Positions 1 through 13,227 are shown, counted from the first letter of the stretch. The stretch is 64,000 nt of DNA from Marsupella aquatica (GCA_973895155.1 OZ316892.1:25381233-25445232), one strand, 5' to 3'. The notes: generated from the sequence alone by a model not told the origin. Numbers and translations are program-made.

Positions 1-859
1 ATCCAAACATAGTCACACTGCCACATCACAAACACAAGAGAATGGAATACCTCGGGGGTCTCACTATATGGGGACCTCCCCATCGCCTGCGACGTTTTTA
101 GGCCTCGGACCCCCTAAAATGTAAGAAAACAAATTTATTTTTTAACCCCTATAAAGTTGGAATATTCTTGGAATATTCTAAAAATTGGATTGAAAAGACC
201 CTAATGTTCTTATAAGTCTCAAAATTGAATTTAAAAGACCCTATTGTTCTTCTACAAAAATTCTTAAGTCTTCCCTTAGAACCAATAAAATGACCCTATC
301 CTTCGTCGCACGTGATATGCCATTTTTGTGGAAGTGAGACCCCCAAGTGGAATACAAGTGGAACTCATGTCCACACATGTCCAAAACCCACAATAATCTC
401 AATACAATCGGCACAACGATCCCGGTCAACAATACCCCATCGATCCCGCACCGATCCAATCACATACGTATGTCAAGCCAACGCACCTTGCACTACTCAA
501 GGAATCCACGTTACACAAGCGGAGCTCACAGCCACCATAGCCACTCAAGCTCCTCTCTCTCCAAGGCTCAACATTGAAAGATGACCTTTCAATGCCTCAC
601 AAGTGAGAAGTACTCTCTCACACAAACCTGACGGAACCTTATCGGCTTATATAGCACACATACCAAACATACGGATCTAGATAGTACAATACACTCTAAC
701 ACTACCTAGAATGGTGTGACAGCTGTCGTGCGCATACACATCGCTACACAACATACATCGCTTGTCACATACATCCAAACATAGTCACACTACCACATCA
801 CAAACACAAGAGAATGGAATACAAGTGGAACTCATGTCCACACATGTCCAAAACCCACA
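1..859 (-). repeat. 3' LTR region of the Gypsy element (runs off the window edge, internally duplicated)
   Basis: On the - strand a polypurine tract (AGGGGGGCGA, ~861-870) precedes TGTGGG starting at 859. 1-50 plus 356-392 duplicates 773-859. 649-721 is repeated at 11638-11710. Confidence 0.6.
51..347 (+). mobile_element. MITE (297 bp), non-autonomous relative of the 18-kb TIR element
   Basis: Starts CTCGGGGGTCTCACT and ends AGTGAGACCCCCAAG. Exact 8-bp TSD TGGAATAC at 43-50 and 348-355. Removing it restores the match of the flanks to 773-860. AT-rich non-coding interior; both ends resemble the ends of 15845-33952. Confidence 0.92.
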
Positions 860-1034
860 ATCGCCCCCCTAGTTGGGAGTAAGGTCCCCTAACTCTAGCT
901 AGCCATGAGTTCTACAAGGTTGATATACACCTTTTTAGGTGTGAAGATCAGGAGACCGAGTGCAAGTGAGCCCCATCGATCACCTACCTGCAATCCATAT
1001 CTGCCAAGAGAACACAAATGATAACTAGTCGGCT

Positions 1035-2693
1035 TCACCGACACTGAGGACACAACCATGATCCACTAGAAATCACCTGCAATGGTGGTGTCAAACATGA
1101 CATGTGCCATCCTCTAGAACACTTATCACAAATCAACATAGTAGCTGCTCCCTGAGCAGATCCACACAACATACATTTCAAGCCAGCACGAACATGTGCC
1201 AAGCTTGGATCTACTATACCATCAATGTTGGGAAGGTGACATGGTGCACAATTGCGCACATGATCCTTCCAAACCATACCATCACGTCCCTCCAACATCA
1301 GGACACCAGAAGGCAACACTTCACGCACACGTGAGATTGTCCGACCTACGGTCACATCAAGTGTTGTGGGTGTTGTCTGCTGGAAATAAACATAATTACT
1401 AGGATGAAATTGTCGAATGCTTGCACGGTAACCTCCTCCACGAATAGTGGCATACCTCAAAGTATCACGATGTTGGGCAATGGCAAGGTTGTCAAACGCC
1501 ATGGGCATCACTCTCTGAAATACACGTGCTCTCTCTGAACACACCTTGACCCAAACATCAGGATCATCCAAGTTCACAACTGGTGCAACATCACGACAAA
1601 TAGCTGCTAGCAAATCTGGCTCTCTACCATAGAGCAAAAAGTAAGGTGAAAAGGATGCAAGTGATGCTTGCCGACTGAAATGGTAGCCCATAGATGACCA
1701 ACCTGCAAGCCATACTTACACAATCCTCTCTTCACAATTTGCACAACTCTCTCAGCTAATCCATCTACCTCAAGATGATCACGAGAGGTAGTACGATGAT
1801 CAATCAGAGCTTTTCACACAAACTCTCAAACTCTCCACGGAACTCAGTTCCCTGATCAGTCAACACCTCAGCTGGTGCTCCAAAATGACTGAGTACACAA
1901 TCCAAAAATGTAGCAGCAACTCCTCCACTGGATTTATCTGGCAACGCCACTAGCTCAATCCACTTGGAGAAGTGCTCCACCATGACCAAAACATACCGAT
2001 TATGACGTTGGGTAAGAGGTAATGGACCAGCAAAATCCAAACTCCAACGATATCCCAACCCATGATCGGCAACGGGTGCAACTGGGGAGTGGGAGCATTA
2101 AATGATGCACTCACTCTATCACATACCACACACTTAGCTATCAACTGTTGGACATGAGTGTGCATACCACGCCACCAATACTGTGTCTGCAGCAAGCTAT
2201 AAGTGCGCTTCACACCAAAGTGACCCAACTCCTTATGTGCATGTCGCACCAAATGTACTCGTTGTAATGGTTTTGGTACCACCAACACCCTACCATCATG
2301 CAGTACTCTTAAAAGATGATTTCCCTCCCATTGAAACCTCTTGGCTCTCTGTAGAACCCTGTCACGTTCTTTGGCATCAACATTGCCAACAATAGAACCA
2401 CTGCGCAGATATTCCAACACTCTCACATCATTGTGAATATCTTGCTGTCCAGAAGTTACCTCACCAACATCCACATCTGAAGACTCATCATCCACTCCAT
2501 CCAATGAGGTAGAGTCCACAGATCCATTGTATGCTGGCACCCAACAAAGAAAGGCAGATGCATGCCATCCTGGCACCATCTCCTTATCTGACTCATCATG
2601 CCATCTGGCTCCAGTCTCATCCTGCTGGCTAGTACATGGATTGCGGCTTAATCCATCTGCATCCAAGTTCACTTTTCCAGGCCTATGCACCAC
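1035..2693 (-). pseudogene. Gypsy integrase (Zn-binding, DDE core) with C-terminal PHD finger; frameshifted
   Basis: HAH..LGHFG..C..C Zn-binding motif, WSLDF and TDQG.EF core motifs, FSPYFLLYGRE. Terminal C4HC3 PHD: CMLC..CDKC..WHMSC..CPQC. Confidence 0.9.
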
Positions 2694-3058
2694 CTAGAAA
2701 TCATACTCCTGTAACAACAATGCCCATCGTGCAAGCTTCCTGTAAGCTTGTCAGACTCCATTAACCACTTAAGAGGCTGATGATCAGTGATCAAGGTGAA
2801 GGGGTTACCAAACAAGTAGCAACAAAAGTGTGCAACAGCCCACACTACTGCCAAACACTCTCCCTCATAAGAGCTATACGTAGCCTCTGCTGAATTGTTT
2901 GATCTACTGGCATAAGCCACAACAAACTCATTCCCCCCATCATCCTTCTGAGTCAGCACTGCTCCAAGTCCTACTCCACTCCAATCAGTGTGTAGCTGAA
3001 ATGGTCTACCTGAAATGGGTCTTCTCAAAATAGGGGATGATGCCAACCTTTGCTTCAA
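2669..3058 (-). pseudogene. Gypsy RNase H
   Basis: FQLHTDWS..GLGAVLTQ, YSSYEGECLAVVWAV and LITDHQPL motifs. Confidence 0.9.
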
Positions 3059-3076
3059 CTCCTGAAAGGCATGCTC

Positions 3077-4110
3077 CTACTCATCACCCCAAATCCATTC
3101 CTGATCCAACTTGGTGAGTATGGTCAAAGGTTTAGCAAGCTTGCTAAATCCTTTAACATACCTCCTGTAGTAGCTCGCCAATCCCAAGAATGCACGAACT
3201 CTACTCACATCAGTAGGAATCTGGGTAATGGCCTCCACTTTAGTCTGTTGTACACCCAATCCCCCTAGGTATATAGTGTGGCCCAAATACTCAATCTGGT
3301 CTTGGAAGAACTTACACTTGCTAGGATGGAACTTCAACCCATGTGCTCTCAATCTCTCCAACACAATTTTCAAGTGCTGCTGATGTTCTTCCACAGTAGA
3401 AGAATAGACCAAAATATCATCAATATAGCATCTGACAAAATCCAAACCTGCAAGGATTCGACCCATGACTCTCTGGAACTCAGCTGGTGCATTCTTCAAC
3501 CCAAATGGTAAGAATAACCACTGATACAAACGATCTTTGCCATAAGAATCAATCCCCCAGAATGTTGTCTTGGACCTGTCAGCATGCCTAATTGGAAACT
3601 GATGGTACCTTGCCCTCAGATCCAATGAACTGAAAACCTTTGCATGCCCATAGTATCAAAGATCTCCTGAGGTGTGGGCATGGCATATGTATCAGATTTT
3701 GTCTGGCGATTAATGGGTCTGTAATCACCACACATGCGCCTATCTGTGTAATTGCCATGCACATCCTTCTTGGCTGGCATCACTATGGCAGATGCATACT
3801 CCCCATATGAAATCTCCACCAATCCAGCCTCCAACAAATCTTGAGTTCTACTTTGAATCAGAGCTCTCTCCATGTCACTATAACGGTCTGGCCTACGAAA
3901 GATTGGCGCATCACTAGCCAATTCAATCTGAATACCAGGACCCTTTAATGTCCCCAAATCCTTCATGCTAAATGCAAAACAATTCCAGTAACTCTTCAGG
4001 AATCGATGCATGCGACGTCTCTCCTCCCCTGTCAACTTAGGGCCAAGCTGTGGTTCCCAACTCTCCACCAAATCCCTAATATCTCTTTGTAGGGTAGAAG
4101 AGATAGCCAA
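3077..4110 (-). pseudogene. Gypsy reverse transcriptase (frameshift near 3620)
   Basis: RMCGDYRPIN, PFGLKNAP, YIDD, YLGH and FLGLASYYRRY motifs. Confidence 0.93.
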
Positions 4111-4290
4111 TGATTGCTATTTAGCAGTAGATTGAGCAGTCCCTTCCTGCTCAACAATCTGTCCAGCCTTGGCCAATCCTGCCATAGGTCCATGGACTGT
4201 CTGCCTGCCCCCAGCTGTGGTCAGTACTGTCTCAGTGGACCGCAAGCTCACCAAGGGACAATCAGTAATTCCAGCAGAGCGCATCCGCAA

Positions 4291-5270
4291 CTATTCAGCT
4301 ACTCCCAAGCTGATAATCCAAGTCAAACAATTTAGATCCATTGCTTGACCAAGAATGTGATGCCGCAAACCCTCTGACATAGAGGCAACTGCAGTGGTGC
4401 CAGTCAAAAATCCCATAGCACGCTCTCTCTCATCAGCAGTAGGTTCCACTAACTTCTGGAGAGCTGTGTCCCACACAAGTCCAGGGCCACCTGCTCTGAA
4501 TGCATATGAAGCAGAGTGGCTTACAAGAGTGGGTAATGCACAACGTGGGCACCCAACTGCATTGACCATTGCCAATGGAGGTCTATCAGGTTGGGTCACA
4601 CCCTGTGCACGACGCCCTGGATCCAAAATATCATCCACCACTAAGGCTGGTGAGCGTGGAATGCTGTCAAATGCGCGCTTCAGCACCTCACATGGGATCA
4701 AATTAGTCCACCACAAGCGTGGACGATGTGCACGAGAACCCACACGTGCAACATCCAATAACACAACAGGTCCAATCCAAGACCTCACCTGGTGAACACT
4801 GACAATAATCCGACTATGTTCATCACCTAACAATGGCACATTCTCCAAAATGTATGCTGGAGACTGTGTTTGTTGTAGCTGGAGATGACGCAGCACCCAT
4901 AACATCTCCCAAAACAATGCAGAGCGTGGATCATGAAGTCCATGCCCAACGCTAGCTCTAGATTGGCCCTAACATGACCAACCAGCAATCACCAAATCAA
5001 TGGGGCCAACACGATGCAGATGATCTGCCCCCAGCAATGAAATATCAGCAGGTAGTGCATGTTGATAACCACGAACAGCATCCACTGGCAGCAACTATGG
5101 ATATCTATCCACCAACATAGCCACATGTCGCAATGAGACCCTCCGTGCTATCTCATCTGACTCCACATACAAATAACGACACACAGGAATTCCTGCCTGA
5201 AGAACAACAGCCAATCTAGTGCTAATCCCACCAAAAAGATCCAACAAACAAATACCCTCCGGTGGATACT
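4291..5270 (-). pseudogene. Retrotransposon-borne C5 DNA cytosine methyltransferase, DNMT3-like, two in-frame TAG stops
   Basis: One frame read through TAG 5095-5097 and TAG 4969-4971 gives motif I LLDLFGGI, II YVE, IV DLVIAGWSC*G (from GWPCQG), VI YILENV, VIII AHRPRLWWTNL, IX ERERAMGF and X LGQAM. Confidence 0.9.
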
Positions 5271-5708
5271 GCCAAGCAATAGGAGTGGTATCCAATGGTG
5301 AAAGAGTTATAGGTCCATTTGCAAGAGGCTGCTCTGCTCCTGACTGTGGTGTAAAAGCATGACGCCATGCATCATGTACCAATCGTGCTGCTGTCTGTGG
5401 CAAGGCCTGTGCAGTGCCCCACACTGGTGGCACAACACTGCCAACAGGTAATCCTCGCATGATGTGCTCCTTATGAGACTCCTCCAATGGGGGAACATCT
5501 GCTGCATGCGCATTACCCTCAATCAAATCATCAGGTCCAGCAATTAGACCACTGAATGCTGCCAAAGACAATGGTGTGGATTTAGGGCCTCCCACAGGTC
5601 CACTAAATCTCACTGGCAATTTTCTCAATCGAGCATCTCCTGACTGCCAATCAGGTCTATATGACACTGATTCCTCCCAAAAATCAAGAATAAATCCCAT
5701 GGGGTAGA

Positions 5709-7656
5709 TGTGACGGGGCCAATGGTCCCAAGGAATGATTTTAAAGGGTAGTAGTGACGCGCACATGTAAATAAATAGATTTGTGTCAAGTTTATTTTGC
5801 TTTTGTTGTCTTACAACCTCGCCGAAGATAGTTTACGTACAATAAGATGAGGTGAGTGTTGATGGTTTTTATGTCCTCTTAATTTTAGTTGTCGGCCAAG
5901 CCTCAGAATAAGGGGGGTTGGCCACTGGCCGGGGCAAGACAAGGCATGTACCCTAATGCCCTTCCATGTAGGCGTTGGGGAATTCCTATCTTTTTATTTT
6001 TAAGCGGACCTAGTATATATTAACGTAATGGGGGCCGGGTCGAAAGGCGAGAGAGGCCAAGCGTCACTTTTGGGTGCCGGCCAACCCATAGAGTGCCGGC
6101 CAAACAACAAGCCGGCCTGAGCTGGCAGCAGGAGCCGACCTGGGTGGCATGTGGCCTGCAAGGCAGCAAGCCGGCCAAGGAGGGTGTTGGCCAACAGTAA
6201 GGCGGCCTGAGGGGAGGGGCCCCGGCCACCGGAGGGCAAGCCCAATGAGACCCCGGCCAGGAGGATAGTGAGGGTTCCAGTGGCAAATCCATAGATGAGG
6301 ATCTTACTACAAGCAAGCAATCAGATGACGGTTAGTACAGCAGCCGTACGGACCTTGGCCACACAAAAGTTGAATTTTTTAATCTTCTCAGAATCAAGAA
6401 CTCATGGGCTTATTGGAAGGAGCTCGTCGAGCTGAATCTACCGATGTAAGACACGCCTCAAACGGAGTTAAAATGAGAGACATACAGACCGGAGCATTTT
6501 TATGAAGAATGAGGGTTCGACGTCCGTACGGACTGCAGGAGGGTGACCCGGCCAAGTCAGGGCATGTGGCCATGGCTAGGGTACCTCAATTTGATGTCGT
6601 GATGGGGGGGCCAGGACCGTACGGATGATTTGGACGTGACGCTGGCCGTGGTAGGATTTGAGACTCAGTAGGCCATATCTCGGGCGTCTAATGTCCGTTT
6701 TTGGGAGCCATTTTCGGGGTTACGATCAGGATGGCCGTGGCTACTCAGAAAATGTCTCAGGACCAGATTTTGATCAACTTCTACTTTCAACTATTTCCAT
6801 GGCCAGAGTAGTGGGAGGCGTTGGCCGCCACATAGTAGGGAGGTAGGCCATGGCCTACTCATATAGGACTTAGTTTAGTTTTGTTTAGGTGATGTGATGG
6901 TCGATGAAGGCGCCGTTGGCCTCACTTAGGTAGCAATAGGATTAGGGGTGCATGTGTGTGCCGCATGTGTAGAAAATTTTTAGGTTAGCGGCGCCGCTAG
7001 TGGATGGCGGCCAGCCAGGGCAGTGGCCGCCGCCACATCCTAGGGCTTGTGTGTTCACGCATTGTTGTTTTCAGTATTTAACCAGCAGCCCCCGGTAGGA
7101 GCAAGGGGGGAACTCAGTCTAGTGTTGTTTTTGTGAGGATTAGCCTTCGACAAGAGTAGGGAATTGATCCGGAGTATTGAGGTGGAGAGGCTCATTGTCC
7201 CGTGAGGCAGGAGTTGGGTAGACGGTAGGAGACCGGGTTGCCCATGCAATGTGTTACCTTGGCCACTAATAGATATGGATTCGATTGAATTTTCATGACT
7301 TCTTGTGTGTTGTTCCCTCTCTTGGTTGCACGATTGTGTTCTTCCCCTAGTATGAGTATTTAGAGAAACTTACATGGCTTGGTCGACCCTGTGAGTGGGA
7401 GAGTGGTGATAGCACTTTGCCAGAGGCCAGGAGGAGTAGAAGCAAGGTAGTCCACGGGACTTGATCAAAAGCAGATTACGTATAGTTGGTAGACTTGATC
7501 AAAAAATATATTTCCGGGAGCGGAAACGAATCTACTCATCCTTAGTATGAAATTGATCCATATAGCGTCCCTCCACGTCCTCGTCATACGATACAAACGA
7601 TTTTTAGTGGAACCATGTGGTGTTTGTTGTGTTAGTCGTTTGATAAACAGGTGACA
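5709..7656. mobile_element. Solo LTR (1948 bp) nested in Gypsy pol
   Basis: TG...CA termini (TGTGAC...GTGACA) with 5-bp TSD GTAGA at 5704-5708 and 7657-7661. Excision restores pol LVGCTVLY-PMGFILDFWEE. Confidence 0.88.
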
Positions 7657-8189
7657 GTAGAGCACTGTACATCCCACCAACACATCATATGACTCTGCCT
7701 TAGTCAGAATACCTCGCGCCTGTATCTGTGAGCTATCTGTGGTATGACCTTCCTGAATCCTCAACTCAAGAGGTCTCCTGGTAATGTGCTGTGTAGGTGT
7801 AGGTCCCCCAATGAAGTCTGAATGGGAAAAGGACAATCCTCCAAATCCTCTGGACGCAATCCCAATCCACGTATGGCAGACTTTCCCAACATCAAGGGTT
7901 GAGCACCAGTATCCAGTAACACCCTCTCTGGTTGGTATACTGCTCCAGAAGGCCCAACTAATCGGAAGATACCACTCCGATTATCCAATGATACAACACT
8001 AGGTTTAAACCTAGTCCTCTCAAATGCAGGGCGTGCTGGTAAATCCACCAATCTTGCTGCTACTGCATGCCATGTCTCACTAGTAGTAGTAGGTGGCATG
8101 GTCTTCACTGCTTCAACACTGCAAGTTGCTTTTGCATGGGAAACAACCATTGGAGTGTCCTCACAGAGTGTAGCTGCCAATCTGAACAC
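7657..8189 (-). pseudogene. Gypsy aspartic protease region
   Basis: RVLLDTGAQPLMLG catalytic motif and downstream YDVLVG motif; frameshifted. Confidence 0.85.
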
Positions 8190-10370
8190 TTCTGTAGGAC
8201 CAACTTCTGAACACTTCGCTGAAAATCTGAAGTGTTCTGAATTGTCGCTGAAAATAATGGGGTACGTACCATGGTAGTAGCCGCCCCCAACAGGGTACCT
8301 ATCATCCTTGCTGCATCACTACCTGATTTTGCCAGCTTACCCACGCTAGGGTTTGTCCGAATCGGGTTCATAGAGGCAGTCTGAACTATCTTTGACAATG
8401 TAAAAGAGTGAGGAAGCTTTGTCTGCCGATGTGCATCCCCCCTCTGTGGATCTAACTCCACTACTGCTCCTCGGGGCTCAAGAGCTTTGGCTGCCCCACG
8501 TGTCAATGCTGCTGATGCATCAATATGTGCAGTGCCATACATGAATCCCATGGTGGCAAGGTCTCCATCAGCTCCATAAGATGTGGAAGGACCATGGGAT
8601 GTGGAAGGTCCATAGGATGTAGATGCCCCATCACCAGAAGTAGGTCTCACCTAGGAACTAGCCATGGCAGCTAGCTGTTGCTCCAATTGAGCAATCTTAG
8701 CATCCTTTGGATCTATGGCTCGGGGGCTTATCTTAGTGTATATTTTGGGGTACCACGTGCAATCCTAGCCTAATATAAACACACCTATTTTATAATGAGA
8801 ATATTCCAAAAACATTCTCTATTTTCAATATTAATGACCTATTTTACTTTATAAAAGGTATTAGAGAATATTCTATAAATATTGGTCTATAATACCTTCT
8901 TTTGCTTCCTACGCTTTTAAAAAATTTAGCTAATTTCTATGAAAAATACCTATTTTGGATCACACGTGGTTCCTAAGATTTTTGATAGTCAACCCCCCGA
9001 GATCTATGGTTACAGCAGGGGCAGCGTCACCTGTCTTCCTGCATGTGGCATGCCACAACCACGTCCACCACCTCTACCTCCTCCTCCTCTTCCCTGATCA
9101 TGTGTACGGGATCCTCCTCTTCGTAACTCAGGGTGGAGTGAGAAACACCTATCCTTGGTGTGTCCAGGAGCTCCAGAGTGATCACATTGTCGCTGATCAG
9201 GCGCTGATGCTCCCTCTGATCCTCTATGATCTGGGCAATATCTCTGTGCATGATCCCCACCACAGGTCCAACATCCTGACTGTTGTCCAGCATAAGAGGG
9301 CATAGGTCTCTGGCTGGTAGACTCTTGTGCACTAGGCTTCTCCCTCTGGCTCTTCCGTGCAGTAGGCTGTGGTGTGGATGTAGATGCAACCTTTGGTGCT
9401 TCCTTGGCAAATCCGGAAGTCACCACCTTCTCATTCACCATATTGAGCTCAATGCGCTCAGAAAGGGTAAAAACAATTGCTAATGTGGGATCTGCATCCC
9501 TAAGCAAAGTGACATCTCTCACTCTGCGTCGCAATTCTCTATTCAGAATTGCATACCAAAATTGGATTGCCTGAGCCTCTGTCACTCCCTTGGTGACAGT
9601 GATCAATCTGCGCATACGAGTGTATGCCTCACATAGACTCTCTCCAATCTTGCGCTGGAACTCCTGGAGACCCTTCAACTGATCAGTTCTCACACCCTGA
9701 TAGTTCTGCTTCAGTACCTCAAAGAATTCCACCACAGGGTTAAATGCTGGCGCAACTCCAATTCCTATCACAATCACACCGGCAGGAGTAGCGGTGGATG
9801 CTGCTGGAGTGCTGCTGGTGGATGGTGTGCCACTCTGGCTAGTGCTGCTAGAAGAAGCAGCAGCTGTGGCAATCGGTTGGGCAGCCGCATAGTGCCATAG
9901 GTGATGGACACGTAATTAGGCGACCAATGCTGCCTCCATGCCTCAATCTCAACCAAATGAGTCTTCCGGAACTCATGGTAGTCATCCATGGGTGGCCCCT
10001 CCAAATGCTGAAATAATCCCTTCCATGCCATGAAAGTGGTAAACAACGTGGCGTTATGCAATGTCTGCATATCGCACCACGTATCAAACTCCTGGATGAA
10101 GTCATCCAGATCAATTGTGCCAACTGCACCAGAGTATCATCGTGGGCCCTTTGTAGCCCCGTACATCTCGTCCATATCCCACAACAAAGGTGCAACCACT
10201 TGATGACGAGGAGAACTAGTCACTGAGTCCTCGTTGAAATCCCTATCTGAAGTTGCACAGCTGACTGCTACCAATGTCGTTGGCCAAAACTGCGCCCCAC
10301 TCCGAGTGAAACCGGTCCGTTGTCCATCGGGTAACCCAGAAGCACCAGAAGAATCCGTGGTGACCAACCC
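8105..10370 (-). pseudogene. Gypsy gag (frameshifted, split by MITE)
   Basis: Retrotransposon gag-like core (FQRKIGESLCEAYTRMRRL), zinc knuckles CWTCGGDHAQRYC and CDHSGAPGHTKDRC, RGG tract. Start codon not resolved. Confidence 0.75.
8719..9001. mobile_element. MITE (283 bp), CTCGGGGG-TIR family
   Basis: CTCGGGGG...CCCCCCGAG termini. 8-bp TSD ATCTATGG at 8711-8718 and 9002-9009. CACGTG motif ~35 bp inside each end. Confidence 0.9.
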
Positions 10371-12434
10371 TAACCTAATCTATGTGCTAACCCTAAGGGC
10401 AATCTGTCCCTGTCAGCACCATAAGCACTCACCATGGTGTGTTGGGCATCACTCCAACATCACCAGGAGAGAAATACGTAGCACAACTAGAATGTCCGGT
10501 TGCAAACCCGGATCCACTCTATAGAATCAAGCGCCCACGCCAAACTAACATGGCGCATAAACAGGAGAGGATCCACAATAACTCTCCACATCAATAGCGA
10601 TCATACATCAATCAAACAATGTTCATAATGTTCAATGTGGGGCCTTCATAATAGGCCTCTCAATGTTCAAGGTCATAGCTAAGGATCCATGCACAATTGG
10701 TTCAATCCATGCATCTAGATGGATTCAGAAGCATCAAAAACCGTAAGGGAGCTTATGATTTGCCCCAAAATGGCAATCTAAACAAACTAGTATGTGTATA
10801 AAATGTCTAAGTGCTCATTCTATTAACATCAAAGTGGAAAGGAGTGTGTGTACACAAGAGCACTTAAGAACCACATAGTTAAGCGTTGGGGAAGGAATAG
10901 CTTTGGGATGGGTGACCTCTCACTTGTCATTATGCACCAAATCTGCCACTCCAAAATGGCAGCACTTGCAAATTCTCCTCACGTACCAACAAGCTGGCTT
11001 GCTGGCCCGCCCGCTCCTGCTCCACCCTCACGCCCCTCGTCCCGAGTAACCACGAGTTGCCTCGAAGTTTCAGATTCGGCAACATTCAGGTTCTGCCCTC
11101 GGTTTCCCTTCACGGAAATGCAACCGCTATGCCAGATCACACAATCAGATTCGGCAACATCCAGTTTCTGCCTCCCGGTTCCCTTCGCAAAATTACAGAT
11201 CGCAGTAGCAGTCGGACAGAAACAACAGCAGTTTGATCTCGCAACATCCTGACTCAATTTCCCTCACAAAACATCGCCTTCGTGGCTGCCGGTTCCCTTC
11301 CCGCAAAATTGCAGCTTGGCGGCGGCAACATACACATGATTGAATGGAAACAGTAGTGACGCAAAACGCAACATTCAAAGTTTGATCTCCGTTTCCTTCA
11401 TCAAAACAGCAGCGCCAACGCTGGCCCTGTCAAATCCGATCGCTACTGTCACAGATCGCAACTCGGGATAAATCGCAGCAAGGTCGACTACACCGTCCGG
11501 AACCTGTCCAACAGATCTACAAACACAGGCATAGATCCCTCTGCTACCGATCAGCCCTTCGATCAACACATCTCAAAGCCCTTTGGGAACTGTCGAAAGC
11601 TTAAACAACAGCTCCCTGGCAGAATAGATATCGTCTCATATAGCACACATACCAAACATACAGATCTAGATAGTACGATACACTCTAACACTACCTAGAA
11701 TGGTGTGACACTCATTGTTATCAAGTTTTTCTGAATATTTGTTGAGGCAGTTAGAGTACTTGAGACATAGCTTGCCATTCCATACACAAAGTTAGACAAA
11801 GAATTCTTAAATGCTCTCAATCAATCTTGGCATCTTGTCAAATTCCAATTTGATTTTAGTACATCAATTTTGATTACACCTAAGTTTACATACAAATGTT
11901 TTCACGGCCACTAAGTACATACCATTTGACTGTAATTTTATGACATTTTCCTTTAGTTCTGGATTTTGTGTAGTTAATGGTTTGGCCACATGTTTATATG
12001 TGTTTATGCCATGTGCTGGACATCATGAAACTCAACAACATTTCTCATTATTAGTAGATATTTAGGGTATTTAGGACATAAATTTTTTACTTTCATCTCT
12101 CATGAATGTCAATGCACATTTCCTTGCATTTCATATTTATTTATGGGAGGTGCAATCATGAAAAGTTCCAGACCCATTCAACCTTAGCCCTATTGCCTCA
12201 CTCTTCATCAAACCCCTTGTTACATTTCACGGGACATTTCAGCCTATAATATTACTTCCAATAAACATTTGTAGCCTTACTATATACTAAAAAATAATAT
12301 TTGGAGATATCCTAAGGGATACTTAAGGAAAAATAATAAGACCTTGGTACTATGCAGTATGAATTTAGGGTTAATACAATCTCTTTATTTTTAAAAATGC
12401 ATTATGATCTGTTAGATTGAAAATTACTTTCAAT

Positions 12435-13227
12435 TGTTAGCATGGGTAGCCTTTATTCATTTTTCTGGGGCGCAAGCCTTAGGGCATGTGAGGCATTGTA
12501 CCCTCATTTCAAAGGTTTGTCCCTTGACCCGATTTGATCATCTGAAGATGCTTAAGATAAGCATATGCATGTTGCCACCCTATCTAAGTTATAACATACT
12601 GAAAGAGCCCGTGAAAGAGGCACTTGTAGCAGACTGAGCAGAAGTTCTTGCTCAGGAGGAAAGGGTGCAAGGATTGGACTTGACAATATTGAGCCATCCC
12701 TCAGATGACAATGTTGTCAGATGAGTTGTGAGAGCCAAGAAGAATTATGGGTTACCAAAACCACCCCAGGAACCACCCATTGTGGGCATACCTAGTTATC
12801 TTGCACATGTGGGAAGTATGTGATGACATAGGGGTCCATTTTCTTCATTGTAAGGTGTCAGACATTTACTCTTGGGTGGACGAATCTTACTATGTAACCA
12901 AAGTTAATCTGACCAAGTCAGATGTTTGAATAAAGTAAGATGTGCCACTGCTATATATTCTAGTAGGGCTAAGCTTGTGAGTGGATCTTAAGTAAGCTCA
13001 TTGTTATGGAGCCATCTAGATAAGAGACATCTAAGAGAGTTAAGTCTTTAGAGACATGATATGGTCCAAGAGCCTACACTACTAAGAGTTCAGTAAAAGT
13101 CTCTTGTGTGTTCCTTGGACGTAACCACTGGAGAGGTGAACCACATATCACTTGTGTTGACTACTTGTGTTTTGTTGGATGTTGCACATGTGCATGCTGT
13201 TTTTGAGTAGCAGTTGTTTACTCAACA
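12435..13227 (+). mobile_element. Probable solo LTR (Copia-like)
   Basis: TGTTAG...CTCAACA termini flanked by CAAT on both sides (only 4 bp). The 3' part (GGACGTA..GAGAGGTGAACCACATA..GACTAC) resembles the Copia LTR at 48262-48593. Confidence 0.55.

Larger units (their letters stand above)
1..11710 (-). mobile_element. Decayed Ty3/Gypsy LTR retrotransposon encoding gag-PR-DNMT-RT-RH-IN-PHD
   Basis: Domain order PR-RT-RH-IN is diagnostic of Ty3/Gypsy. Many stops and frameshifts, plus nested insertions. The 5' boundary is inferred only from a 73-bp LTR-derived match at 11638-11710. Confidence 0.85.

Noticed and set aside
6000-7249. ORFs of 60-106 aa inside the solo LTR
   Set aside because: GC-rich chance ORFs with no domain motifs.
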